DNA of 63,069 bases, filler included, from Reticulomyxa filosa (lineage: Eukaryota > Protista > Foraminifera), in the NCBI GenBank assembly GCA_000512085.1. It is 20 parts of 20 records of this genome, joined end to end, with 100 filler letters (N's around TTAATTAATTAA, not from the genome) between each part and the next. Parts side by side here need not be neighbours in the genome. Positions count along the whole stretch, not along the records: positions 16,781 to 26,599 come from ASPP01003699.1; positions 26,700 to 28,930 come from ASPP01002689.1; positions 29,031 to 31,401 come from ASPP01040325.1; positions 31,502 to 34,164 come from ASPP01020331.1; positions 34,265 to 36,185 come from ASPP01008179.1; positions 36,286 to 38,011 come from ASPP01041848.1; positions 38,112 to 39,111 come from ASPP01047453.1; 13 more parts are not named here. One strand, written 5' to 3'. This document shows, piece by piece, positions 25,912-38,657 of this stretch; positions within the stretch are counted from its first letter, which is position 1, and every line of letters begins with the position of its first letter. The position numbers and the translations under genes were made by a program. The notes below the pieces were generated by a model that saw only the letters and a list, made by a program, of their open reading frames with translations, was not told the origin of the DNA and ran no database searches.

Positions 25912-27017
25912 AAAAAAAATTGCAAAGCTACAGAAGGCAAGTGGCAATAACGTGGTACTTTTTTCATTGTGAAGGTCTTGTTAAAATGTTGACAGCTTCA
26001 TCCAAGTTTTTTTTATAGAGTTTTTTTACAGTTGGTTATAACACTGAATCAACTGGCTCAGAAAATACATCTTCCTTTTTGCAATATTTGTTTCAACATT
26101 TTGTTAGTCCTCCATTGTTTGATATCTTTCAAGTTTTCTACAATTTCAATACTGCTTACATTTTAAAGCATTAAAATAAGGAAACTTGTAACAATTACAC
26201 AAATCGATGAATAACTAACTATCTTCAGGTGTTGTCAATACCTTAAACACTAATCAATGACAACAGAAAAAGAAACACTAACTATTTTAAGTTTTTCCCT
26301 AAGTCAATTATGCTTTAATTTTTTTTACTGTTAAGACCAATCATTACAACAACTAAAGTTAATGAAATCGTGAAAACCAAACTTTATACAGTAGATTGCA
26401 AAAAAAACTGACATACATAAATGGCACTATATGAAGAGAATCGATTTTCTCCATGAAAAATAAAGATTTAAACATAATCTTTTTAAAAATATCTAATAAT
26501 CTTGTAGTTTTTAAATATTAAATTGGTTTTATGATAAGTTTTTCCTATGTTGATGAAAAATATGATTTTTAAAAATTTCGAAAGAGTTCATATAAATTGN
26601 NNNNNNNNNNNNNNNNNNNNNNNNNNNNNNNNNNNNNNNNNNNTTAATTAATTAANNNNNNNNNNNNNNNNNNNNNNNNNNNNNNNNNNNNNNNNNNNNG
26701 GTTTTTTTTTTGTACTCCATACTTTTTTTTTTATTTTCTGAACCACTGAGAAATTTCTGAAGCATTTGAAACTTGTATAACAATCTTGTGTTTTATATTG
26801 TAGCAAAAGGTGAAACCGCCTACTTCTGATACCGAAGCAGTTTAGTATACGCTTTTAGCTTGTAAAAAAAAAAAGTGTTGATTAAAATCGTGATAACAAT
26901 ATGAAAACAATGATAAAAAGAATGAACCAATGATTGGAGAAATAAAATTCGGAGTACATAATTTGAAACTTGACGTGGATAAGAACATAAACTACTTTGT
27001 TTGTTTCTTTTCAATAA

Positions 27018-27509
27018 ATGTTGCAAATTATACAACACAGCAATAAACAACAAAACAAAAAAAAAAAGAAAAGAAGAAATCCACAACATAAGGTTTTAAG
27101 CCAAGCCGAATATCTCAATAATATCGCAGGCCACCAAAATAAAATGGAGCGCTTTTGCTCCGAAAACTTGGATGACATCATTAAATCTGGACGGATAGAT
27201 GTATTGTCAAATCTGCAAGATCCCGACACTGACATCTGGCTTTATACGGTGTGAATATCGACATATATACGTATATGTATATATTTTTTGTCTTTTTCTA
27301 CAGCTTTGCAAGAGAAAATAAAATAAACAATAGCAAGTCGTACATCTGTTAAAAAACACTCGGTGTCGAATCGATGGTTCCTTGATCAGGTGAAAGACGT
27401 ACTGGATGAAATGAAAAGGTGCAACAAAGGCTGTAAAGAGTGGAGAGGATTGTGTGCTGATCTTATGCAATACAAGAAAAGGCTAAAGCGTGGTGTTATG
27501 AAGGCCTAG
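27018..27509 (+). CDS. Small hypothetical protein or relic (frame not cleanly resolvable)
   Basis: Two coding-like blocks, VLSQAEYLNNIAGHQNK...DTDIWLYT and WFLDQVKDVLDEMK...RGVMKA*, separated by a TA-rich intron. Joining them needs a homopolymer frameshift. Confidence 0.3.
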
Positions 27510-28061
27510 AGTGCCCATTTTTTTTTCCCTCTCCACTCCATCTACATACCATGAAATTCAACCAATGTTTTGTTTTGTTTTACATCCTGACTCCAATTGG
27601 TGAGGGTTATATACGTCCTGACTTCAATTGGAACAAAAAGACATACTGTTTTGTTCTTTTTGTAAGTGATTCCCCAGTGTTGTTTTTTTACACAAGTTTT
27701 TTGTAGTTGTAAAAAAATATAAGGGGCTCATGACAACGTACGGAGTGTTAATTACCCCAAAAGGACTCCAAAACAATAATTTCCTTATATAACTTTGTGT
27801 AGCCTCTTCATGTAGAAATGCATTGAGGACTAAAGAAAGTGTGTACACAAATAGCAAGAAGACTGCAGATTTTCTTAGTATTTAAACATCGAACTTTGGT
27901 GCCAAAAGTTGTAAAAAAAACAAAAAAACAAAACTAAACAAAACAAACAAACTTCAAAAAAAAAAAAAAAGAAAAACACAAAAATAGCACTGAGATGTCA
28001 CAAACCTACGTTACATATGACACAGTTCAAAAATAAAGAGAAAAAAATGACAAAAAAAGAA

Positions 28062-28870
28062 TCAATAAAAGATGATGCGTTTGTCATACACGACTTTGTG
28101 CGAAGCAGTATCAGTGTCGTTATGATTAGAGTGGTGATTGGCAAGAGGGGGTTGCGGAAATTTGACATGAACATAAAATTTGAGAGTATCCCTGCGATGA
28201 ACCAATCCTTGAGTGAAAATGTTATTAAGAGTATCGACGCCTTTGATAGTGATTTTGGTGCCTTCCATCGATATTTTCCGAAGACTCGTCGTTCCTTTTT
28301 TCATTAAATTCGGATCAAGCAGATGAGAAAAGCCTTTGTATTGTCACAACAGATCGGATCGAAACACCCCACTTTTACATCAAACAAACAAATCAAAAAA
28401 AAAAATAATAAAAATAATAAAATAAATAAAAAACTTTTGTGATCATTGAGAAAGGAGCAATTGCAAAACAAATGAAAAATGGCATCACACGTGGCATCGC
28501 TGAAATTGGTGTGATCCAAATACAAGGTCTTAAGCGAAGGCAATTTTTTGGCAATGCAAGCGAACAGAGGGTCGGCGACTTCGTCATTGAGTTTGCGATT
28601 GCCGGTGAGGTTGATGACAGTGACGGGACTGTAGGCATTGCGCTTTTGCAAAGCGGTGAGCAGGCCACGCAGCTTGGCACCCGTCAAATCGCTGTTGCTA
28701 AAGTCCAACTCCGTTAAGCTGCTGTACTCACTGACCAGCACTGACTCCAGCCAACCCAATGGATTCTTGTGATTGTACGTGAACCACGCCACTTCCAATC
28801 GTAGCAAGTTGACAAAGCATTCTTCAAACTCTTTCACAACACGTTGTTCTTTTTCATTCAATTTTTTTCT
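28062..28870 (-). CDS. Leucine-rich repeat (RI-like) protein, 3' part
   Basis: LTELDFSNSDL, VTVINLTGNRKL, LKTLYLDHTNF. Last exon has LRKISMEGTKIT and ends IIFY*. Confidence 0.75.
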
Positions 28871-28889
28871 ATATAAAAAAAAAACCAAA

Positions 28890-28930
<41 letters not shown>

Positions 28931-29030
28931 NNNNNNNNNNNNNNNNNNNNNNNNNNNNNNNNNNNNNNNNNNNNTTAATTAATTAANNNNNNNNNNNNNN
29001 NNNNNNNNNNNNNNNNNNNNNNNNNNNNNN

Positions 29031-30960
29031 GGCACAATGGCAACAGCAGCAACAGCCGTCAGCTTATTATCAAGACGATACTTCGTACGTATACCCAACA
29101 CGATGAAGAACATTATGGACAAAGGTTTCTGAATTGATGAAAACGTAACCATGGCAAGAGAGCAACAACAGCATCAAAGGTATAGTCAATATCAACAACA
29201 GTAACAATAACATGATGTTTCAATGACACAGATGCAGCCAAAGAGTCATTATCCCCCACCTGTGGACTAGATGTGGACACTTATCATTGCAATGTTATCC
29301 GGCGACCAGATTCCTGGACTGATCCAGTTCAATAAGTAAGGTGATGACTAAGAATAAGACGAGCCTTTTGTCAGTCCTTTGAACACTCGGTTCATCGGCA
29401 CGAACCAGCATAATGCTTTTTCTGCTACTGCTGTTGTTGCTGCTGATAATATATGTCCACCAAACAAGTAAAGTCACAGATAAGTCCGCCCAAAAAAAAA
29501 ACCTCTATGAAAAGGCAGTGACGACAGACGCAATTGCGACGGCAACCAAGACACAGTCGAAGACGACGATCAAGAAAACATACATCCAGTTTCGGGTGAT
29601 TTTTTTCTACCAAAAGCAAGAACAATAACATGTTCACGATCAACGGTAAAATCAGAAAAAAAAGTGACTTATACGTATCAAAAAATGTATTTAAAAAATT
29701 AGGATATGAATGATATGAAGCAAAAAGTACTTTTTAAAGCAAATAAAAAACAGAAAGACAAATTTGGACTCGCTAATACTGAAGCATTTGAAATGCAGTT
29801 TGTTGTACCTGATAGAACGGAGCTGTTCTTAAAGCTTTGCCAGGGCCAGAGTATGGAAGCAAATACATCCGTCATATCGAGAAGTTATTTATGTTTATAT
29901 ACCGCGATGACACAGCTTTGTACTTATGTCAAGTTGTGTCTGGCAACTACGTCATTCAAAAGCTGTTGGGGACCACACGCGAAAACGTACGTCACAAAAC
30001 CAGGGCAGCAATAACAAAAGAAGCATTTGGAACAACTTGAGTCAACCAAAGAGACAAATGCAAATGCAAGTGCAAAGAAAGAAGAAGATAAGTCAACGAC
30101 AATGTCGGAACTGAAAATGCGCAATGACAATCTGATCCAACTGGTCGAGGAGTTTTTGCAGTCTATGTTCACTGATACAGCGGGGGAAATGTCGATGAAT
30201 CACTATAGCTGCATAGTCTTGCAACGCGGGCCGCGCTACGACAACACTGAGTACTTGGACATCAAAATGATCATCCTCTCGTAAACCGACACCATGAGCA
30301 AGTGTTAGACAAGTTTATCCAACATATATTGGTAATAAATATGTATTTATATAATTGCTTATCTATATCATATACTTATAGAAATCATGCTGTGCAAAAG
30401 TGTATTGTGTATTTCAAACGAGTATTTATCGACGATTTGTAAGCACATGTCACGCAAAGTATTTGAGTATGATGCAAATTTATAGTTGCTTAGTGATACA
30501 ACGACTGATGCAGTATTGAACATTGGCGCAAATGCGGCAAATCTAAAGAGATTTTGCAGATGTCGGGGAGATTTGCAACAACAGTACGCCAATTATGTAA
30601 TTTAAATGATGCTTAAGTTATGTAAAGGTGTCACTGACAAACCAATTAGTCACTGCCACCGCGCTTAAAGTCGACGTGTTATGCTATGAAAAGTTTGCGT
30701 CCAATGTGATCGAGTTCTGCTTAAGCAAGTGTTGTGATATTAATAAAAAGCAAATATTTGACGTCTTATTGTATGGATACAACAAATACACTTCAACAAA
30801 CCCGCTTTAGTTGCTGACCTCGAGCGCAACAAGACAGTAATTATTTCATTTAACGATTGCCGAAGTCGCATAAAAATTACATCGATGATTTGATTGAGCA
30901 AATAAAAACAAATATTTCAAAACTAACTTGGTCAAGTATCCTTGTGAAAATTATATCACT
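29031..30960 (+). pseudogene. Pumilio/PUF RNA-binding protein pseudogene
   Basis: PUF repeat cores SGNYVIQKLL, MNHYSCIVLQR, QQYANYVI*MML and EKFASNVIEFCL are spread over different frames with in-frame stops. Gln-rich N-terminal region. Confidence 0.8.
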
Positions 30961-31539
30961 AGTCGAATGGATCAACTCCACAAGTATGCAAACATATCGT
31001 TGTAATTTCTCCACGACAGATGATTAACGCCGTGGATACACGATGTCAAATCCATTACTTCGCAAATAACAAATATAAAATCTGCCAATTCAAAAAATAC
31101 CGGGTAAACATTATAACAAAAAAAAAAATGACAGCCTTTCTATCTGTCACTCATACGCACTAGCTCGAAACAAGCACGTCCTACAATTGTTCAAACTCAT
31201 AAAGCAAAAACAATTTCTGCTAAAACACTCTTCATTTAATATAAGACTTATCAATACTTTCACTACTTTTTCTTTCACAAATACAACTATCAAAATATAA
31301 ATTTAGTCAAAAAAATAAAATTGTTACTAATTAATGTGCTTATTAATGCAAAATTGTCGTAGAAAGACCGAAATTAATTGTAGAACTCGGAGAGTACTAC
31401 CNNNNNNNNNNNNNNNNNNNNNNNNNNNNNNNNNNNNNNNNNNNNTTAATTAATTAANNNNNNNNNNNNNNNNNNNNNNNNNNNNNNNNNNNNNNNNNNN
31501 NCAAACAAACAAAAAAACGATTGTTTTCCACAACGTTAC

Positions 31540-34060
31540 AAGGTAACCTGATTCTGCATTCGATTGATCAAAATTGCCAAGCACAAGTTTTTGAAAACAA
31601 ATAAACCCAAAATTACGGCAATGATGATTACCACTACTGCCCCGTTCGTTGTTGCTTTTGTTGTGTCCGTCCTTTGTGCGAGATATGTTGACATATGTAA
31701 GGCCATTTGTTTATTGTCGTACATCTTCTTTTCAGAGCCAAACAAATAACATAAAAATAAAAATAACTTACATGACATATGTCCATCCATCTCCTGAAAA
31801 TAATTGTGTGAAAGTCATAATTGAATACCAAAGGTTATCAAAACGCCAAGGTTTGGCAAACTTCAGATACATTGTAGATTTTAAATCTTGTACGTGTATG
31901 GAAAACATTTGAACACCAAGAACGCCAAGCTTTGTTGTAACAGAAGCAAAAACAAACAGTTGTTTGTATTAAAAAGTACAAATGCAAAACACAATGGCCT
32001 ACTAAGCATATACACACATATACTAGATTATATACATATATATATATCGATATTTTGATACCATGAATAAAAACAGACTCAAAATAAGAAATAACAAGCC
32101 AATTGGCTCTACAGCTTCGAGGATAGCATTCAATAAAATACGTAATGGTTGAATGCGGTGAAATAATCGTAAGATACGTAAAACTCGTAACGTACGGAAG
32201 GCCAAAATCACATTTGCAATTTTCGGCTGATTGGAAGCAGCAGATATGATCATATCCAGTAATGAGATCAACACAATGATCGCATCATAAATATTAAAGC
32301 GGTCATGAAACCATAGGCTCGGTCTGTTTAGATATTATTATTGGCTTATTTCGTGTATGGCTAAATTGGGTCATTGTTATATACATATATGTATACATAT
32401 ATACATATATATTGTATGTGATATGGCATATATATATATATATATAATGAATAAACAAACCCCAATCCAACGAATTTCATAATCAATTCAATCGTAAAAA
32501 TAACGGTAAAGATGTCATTTAAAATATCTAACGCATCTTGGGTCTTATTGTTCATATTTGGCCATACCAAAGCCAATACAATTGTGTTAAAGATAATGAT
32601 AACAAGCATGAAATTTTCAAATATCTCTCGTTGAACGAATCGATTTAATTTCAATATTAGGTCGGGTTTGTTGTCCAAATATTTGTTTTCGATCGGTTTG
32701 GATACTTCCCAAACTGAAGCTGCAAGTTCACTATTAAATATTTTCATCCATTCTTCCACCATTTTTTTACGTTGGGCATTTTGTTCGGATGCTCGTTGTG
32801 AAAAGGACATGGCTTCATGATCATCGACATGAAACTCCAAATCATAATGAGTTTCATTTTCAATTTCCTCCGCTATTTGTTGCAATTCCATTGCAAATTC
32901 ATCGGGTCCATCTTTTTGGTCGTCTTTTCGTTCTTTTTATTTTCATTTATTTATGTTTGTTTTCGGACATTATATATGTATACATATATATATATATTTT
33001 TTTTTTGACTTTTGAATAAATTGGAGAAAAGACAACAAAGTGAACAATCTTTGTTTTGTTTTGTTTTTTTAAAAAAAAAAAAAAAAAAAGCCCTTTACCT
33101 GTGTCAACTCTTAATTTTTTCTTGCGCATCAATTCATGTTTTTTCTCAGTGACTTCCGTGACAGGTCTTCCAAACTCTTTGAAGGCTTCCTCAAAACTGC
33201 GAATCATGGATTTCAAATATCGGACTTGTCTCTCGTAGTTTGAATAGGTGATTTGTTGTACAATTGGAGCTTTTTCTCTCTGGCTTAATTTCATATTGAT
33301 TAAATTGTCAATCTCTTGTATGGTATTTCCTATGTCCGCCTCGCCTTGAACAGTCTTCAAGCTTCGTGAATAGGTGTCGACAATTACTGTTGTGTTGTGT
33401 TATGTGATTTGTTTGTGTTTCGTTGCAACAATTGACAACGAGGCAATACACATTCAAGCAGTAACCTGCGAGCACTAAGTTTAAGCTAAAAAAGGAAACA
33501 AGGAACGTGATTGCGACGAAATATACCCAAGAACTATAGCCACTCCTTTTGGCCACGTCATACAAAATGAAGCTCCATTCGTGCAGTGCCACCGTTTGAA
33601 ATACTTCCAACAACGAATGGCCAATGTCATTAAAACTTTGCAAGTTACTGGTCGTATATGTATATGATCGTTGCAACATACAACCAATGCAGGGTCGTAC
33701 GACATTATAAGAAAAAGACAAAAAAAAAAAAAAAAAAAAAAAAAAGACAATACACAAATGAAACTTGTATGGCTGGTGATTTTTGAATAAACAAGTGAAG
33801 GTATCCGTCAAATTGTAAGCAGTTGCAATGTCTTTACATTGATCTTCTTTGTCTTTGCAAAAAGACCAGTAGCCGTTGTCTAAAACATTGTAAGTTAGCA
33901 TCTGGCCAGAGCTATTGTAACAGTGATAATTCAGTTGACCAGAAAAAGAACCTAAGCCAATGATTCCGAAAATGACCGCGAAAAACGACAGCAGAGCAGC
34001 AGTACCACCAAGGCCAGGCAGTGAATCAACCAATGTCATGACAAGGGCTCGAAGTTCTTT
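31540..34060 (-). CDS. Voltage-gated Na+/Ca2+ channel-type alpha subunit fragment (domain I S5-P-S6, linker, domain II)
   Basis: LRALVMTLVDSLPGL...FAVIFGIIGLGSFSGQLNYHC; pore FNDIGHSLLEVFQTVALHEW; S6 YFVAITFLVSFFSLNLVLA; FENFMLVIIIFNTIVLAL; S4 AFRTLRVLRILRLFHRI; pore RFDNLWYSIMTFTQLFSGDGW. Confidence 0.9.
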
Positions 34061-34394
34061 TTTTTTAAAAAAAAAAAAAAAAAGAGGGGCAAACAATGCA
34101 ATGTTCAACGACCTACAACGAATTGTGATTCTCACCCCCTTTTTTTTTTTTTTTTTTTTTTTTTNNNNNNNNNNNNNNNNNNNNNNNNNNNNNNNNNNNN
34201 NNNNNNNNTTAATTAATTAANNNNNNNNNNNNNNNNNNNNNNNNNNNNNNNNNNNNNNNNNNNNAACGGCTCTATTTTAAACAAACAAACAAACAAATAA
34301 ATAAACGTTCAAGTATTTATTTGGAACCCCAAATTTTATTAACAGCAATAAATAATAAAAAAAAAAAATTCTTTTTTGATATCTCCTCTTTCAC

Positions 34395-35937
34395 CTGTCT
34401 GCTTCAAGTTCTTCATCAACATTTTGATGCCTTTGTGGAACACACCAGTGACACTCAATTTTGTTTGCTTCTTTTTCTAATCAATGACATTGATTACATT
34501 TCAACATATACATGCATACACACATATACAATATATATATATGTATATATATGGCACGTGAGAAATATACACATACACATGCACACGCACATGCACACAC
34601 ACACACACAAACAAATAACCAAACTTCATTGGTACCAATTTGTGACACATGTTGAACCAAAGGATTAGTAGACTTGGCCAACATCTTGGCCGTGTCAGGA
34701 TGGACAGCTTCATTGTTTTTGACGAGGAAGTTGGACGAGTCGTACGTGACGTTGTCGGCGAAATGGTTCAACATAAAGCCGACAAACTTGTCTTTGGGGC
34801 CTTTTTTGGCCGTTTTTTTGGGCGCGCCACGGGCGTTGCCACTTCCCGGCTGCGTGGCGGTATGGACGGTAGGATTTTTGCCGTGTGCTTTCATAAACTC
34901 TTGCATCCAAGCTTCGACCGAAGGCTGTGGTGCTTTACAAGCGCTGTCTAGCAACACAAAGAAGCCTTTGCTTGTTTCTTCCACCATGTCAATGTACGCC
35001 ATGTTATCGGGAATATGCAACGGTGTCCAAAACACCGACTCCTTGATGTATTCTTCTTGTTCACTACGAATGATATGATAGTTGAAAAACTGTTGCAATT
35101 TTTCATTGGTGAAATTGATGCAAAATTGTTCCAATGAATTGATATAAAAGTTTTCAAAGCCGAATACATCTAAAATACCAATGAACAAATGCGATTCAAT
35201 CTTTGGCTCTTCCTCCTCATTTTCAGCTTCGCCAATTTGAAACAACTCGGCGTTGATGCGCTCGCACAAGTACAAAAAGCTCTGTTCGTAAAAGCCTTTG
35301 GATATTGAGTCACGGTTTGTTGGGGCCTCGTCAAAGTTGATCTTTTTCGTTATGCTCTTTTTCATCACCATCATGGTCGCTGTGGTTAATCGCTCTGTCA
35401 ATGCTGCATTGAGATAGTAAGCAAATGCACGTCATTTATTCACAAAACAATTTTTTTTTTTAAGTTTATCAAAGTTTATATATTACAGTATATATACATA
35501 TATATAATATATATATGCATATATACATATGTATACCCTTGTCAGTGATGCCCCAGAGTTCAGCGACTTTTTTGACCACATCCGCGTTTTTGATACTTGC
35601 AAAGCCATCTCCCTCCTTCTTAAATTCAATGTTGCCCATGTTTAAAACGCCGGCTGTAATGGCCCACAAGCCCATCATTTCACTGTCGATTCGCATCAGT
35701 TTCATCGACTCGGCTAACTCTTCGTACCTCTCCTTATCACTAACACCAACTATTTCATCCGCTCCTCCCTGTTTTGTATACCAAAAATCTTTCGCTTGTG
35801 TCAAATGTAATGACTTCAATTGTTCTGGACTCAAGCCTTTTTTTTTTATTTTATTTATTTTTCATTTGTACATTTAACTTTGATACAATGCATTTTTTTT
35901 TTTTCCTCATCTCATTCTCTCTCTTTTCCCCCTTTGC

Positions 35938-35972
<35 letters not shown>

Positions 35973-36185
35973 CAAAAAGTAAAAAATATGGTAATTGCGC
36001 TCATTATTGGATTGAAACACGACACGAGATTTTTCCAACAAATATGTCTCTAAGTAGGACCCTAATATGTGACCCTCTTTTGCCTTTTCCGGGACGTTGT
36101 ACAACAACTTAGTGAACTTTCCAAACCGACTGCTGTTGTTGTTCATTACCGTCTTGGCGTTGCCATATGCTTCCAATATGGGGCT
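34395..36185 (-). CDS. Myosin motor domain fragment
   Basis: [21 protein letters not shown] (switch I), [27 protein letters not shown] (switch II), [19 protein letters not shown]. Confidence 0.97.
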
Positions 36186-36646
36186 NNNNNNNNNNNNNNN
36201 NNNNNNNNNNNNNNNNNNNNNNNNNNNNNTTAATTAATTAANNNNNNNNNNNNNNNNNNNNNNNNNNNNNNNNNNNNNNNNNNNNACGATGATATTTGGA
36301 ATGTAGCACCTAAAAAAAAAAAAAGCGACTTGTTACCATTGCAACAAAATTATACTTTCTGAACATTCCAGGGGATGGGATCGGATTAACAAACATAATT
36401 TTTTTTTTTTTTGCGTACATGATAAAAAAGTAGTCTCACTAAGGGGGAAACAACGTATACAATAATCTATCAAAAACACGCCCTTTTTTTTTTCTGAAGC
36501 TCTGACCTCTTATCAAAAAAGATACAATTAAAAAAAAGGACTCTCCAGCAGTGGAAAGAAATAAACTTAATGAATGTCGACAAAGTTTATAATTGTTTTT
36601 AAAGTCAAGATATGTAACGAAAAAAGGGATCCTCGAAAAGAAAAAT

Positions 36647-37870
36647 ATGGCACTACAATTGCAACCAGTGGCAGAAACGCTACAGCGACGGCTGAGTGTG
36701 TGTCAAGATCGCAACATATTCCAAGCGAGAGATATCTTAAAACTGGTAAAAGGGCCGATGACAATGATAACGAATTTTGAGAATGTTGCGCAGCTGGACG
36801 AACAGAAAAATCACTAAAATGACTTTATACTATTCAACAGCTCGTGACTATGTCGTTGGTGATCGAGTTGAATTAACTAACAATAGAAAAGGTATTTTTT
36901 TTTTTAAACATACGTACATGTTGAATCGCATGTCGATTTTTGACAACTTAAAAAAAACAATCTGTTGACTTTTTGCAGGTGTGATCAAATACATTGGAAA
37001 AGTCCACAGGTTCGGCATTGCATTGGACGAATTCAATATCACAATCGATGGTAACAACTATTTTACCGACATTGTTTGTTAATTGTCAAACGACAGCACG
37101 CAATGGAGAATTATTCTTGAAGTGGGCGACTGTATCTTGCTTAACGACAAAATCATGGGTCAATCTCAGCTTTTTTTTTTTTTCATCTAAACATTTTGTC
37201 AGTTTTAAGCGTTCCAAATTTGGATGATCAAAAAAAAAAAAAAAAATACCACATTGGACAAACCAACGTGTAGATATGCCAATTATAGGATTGAAGCCAC
37301 TTGAGCCTATTACAAATGGTGGCGATGGAATATTCAGAGGACAAAGGAACAAACACTGAAAAGTTTTTGTTTTATTTTGAAAAGAAGAGAAGGAAAATGT
37401 TAATATAGGATGTATATGATGTATACGATGTATTAACAAGATAATCTTATTTGATGACTGAATGAAAAAAAAAAAAAAAAGATGCTTTGAATGCAAACCA
37501 GGATACAGTTATTTTGCACGTATCGGCGATATGGACTCAATAGTAAAAATGCGCGCGTACAGAAGTACTAAGCTTGAAACAATCCCAGAAGATCTGGAAA
37601 TGAACCTCCTTCGAATTATCAAGCGCGGTGATTACCAAAGACACAAATGCGCAAGACGACGAGTTTGAATTGAATCGTCAGTGTATCGTCATCAGCAAAG
37701 ATGTGGCAAAAAAATTGCAAGTGAGTAATCTCGTTGAAATTACTTCAGGACGAACAGGTTTATTTTAATAATAATTTATAATTTTATTTTGTTTATTGGC
37801 AAAGTTGTGTTTTATGCAAGGATCGATCAACTTTGACGACAGGGAAATGTTTGGCATTTTATTGGATAAT
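36647..37870 (+). pseudogene. Degenerate multi-CAP-Gly-like gene
   Basis: YVVGDRVELTNNRKG|VIKYIGKVH..FGIALDE and IIGLKPLEPITNGGDGIFRGQR..CFECKPGYSYFAR resemble CAP-Gly (cf. GKNDG...YF.C). Interrupted by stops and frameshifts. Confidence 0.6.
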
Positions 37871-38185
37871 TGATCACTCAATAGTCACAATGATTGCTGA
37901 TTCCCTCTTTGAGTCCGTGAAGGAGGATGTGGAAAACGACAAGCGATGGAGGTCGATGGATATTGAAACCCCGTCAACGAAGACGAAGAGACCAAAAAAG
38001 ATAGACCAAAGNNNNNNNNNNNNNNNNNNNNNNNNNNNNNNNNNNNNNNNNNNNNTTAATTAATTAANNNNNNNNNNNNNNNNNNNNNNNNNNNNNNNNN
38101 NNNNNNNNNNNTAATTCTTAACAAAATTTTGAAATTTTTTTAATTAAATATTTTTTTGTTAAAAATTGTATTTTTTGTAATGTTT

Positions 38186-38657
38186 TTAGTATTTTGCTGA
38201 TTTTCCTTGTGCATTGATTATAGCTTCAATTCTCCTTGGCATTTTCTCAACTAGAGCTTAACATAGTTTAGTGTCAGTTTTTTCCCATTTTTTTCAAATT
38301 TTTCACAAAGTTATTGTTTATTGTTAATTTTTTCGCCTTTATATAATTTTACTTTATTTATCCACCAAAGGATATCAATTGGATTTTGGTTTGTTGAATT
38401 AGGAGAAAATTTATTAGTTATATTATTTTCTTTAAACCAATCAATTATTTCTTTAGCTTTGTGACATGATGAATCTTCTCTAACCTGCCAGATCTAGCTT
38501 TTCTTTTTACGGTTCCATTACACTTACATGACGCCAGCCAAAATCGAAGCGAAGCTATACTTACATTAAATTTCTTTGCTACATATCGAATTCTAGATCC
38601 ACTAACCAGCATACAAACAGTAACTCATTTCTTAAAAGCAATCAAATGTTTCAACAT
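38186..38657 (-). mobile_element. Internally deleted, decayed Tc1/mariner (IS630-Tc1) transposase
   Basis: Reverse strand: HTH GSRIRYVAKKFNVSIASLRFW...GTVKRKARSGR joined to CHKAKEIIDWFKENNI...PNS..NPIDILW and the Tc1-type end MPRRIEAIINAQGKSAKY*. Stops and frameshifts throughout. Confidence 0.8.

Noticed and set aside
29200-30606. TAA/TAG reassignment to Gln (ciliate-type code)
   Set aside because: RPB10 ends in TAA and the RING gene in TAG at the expected positions. Long intact ORFs have no internal TAR, and the affected loci also have frameshifts.
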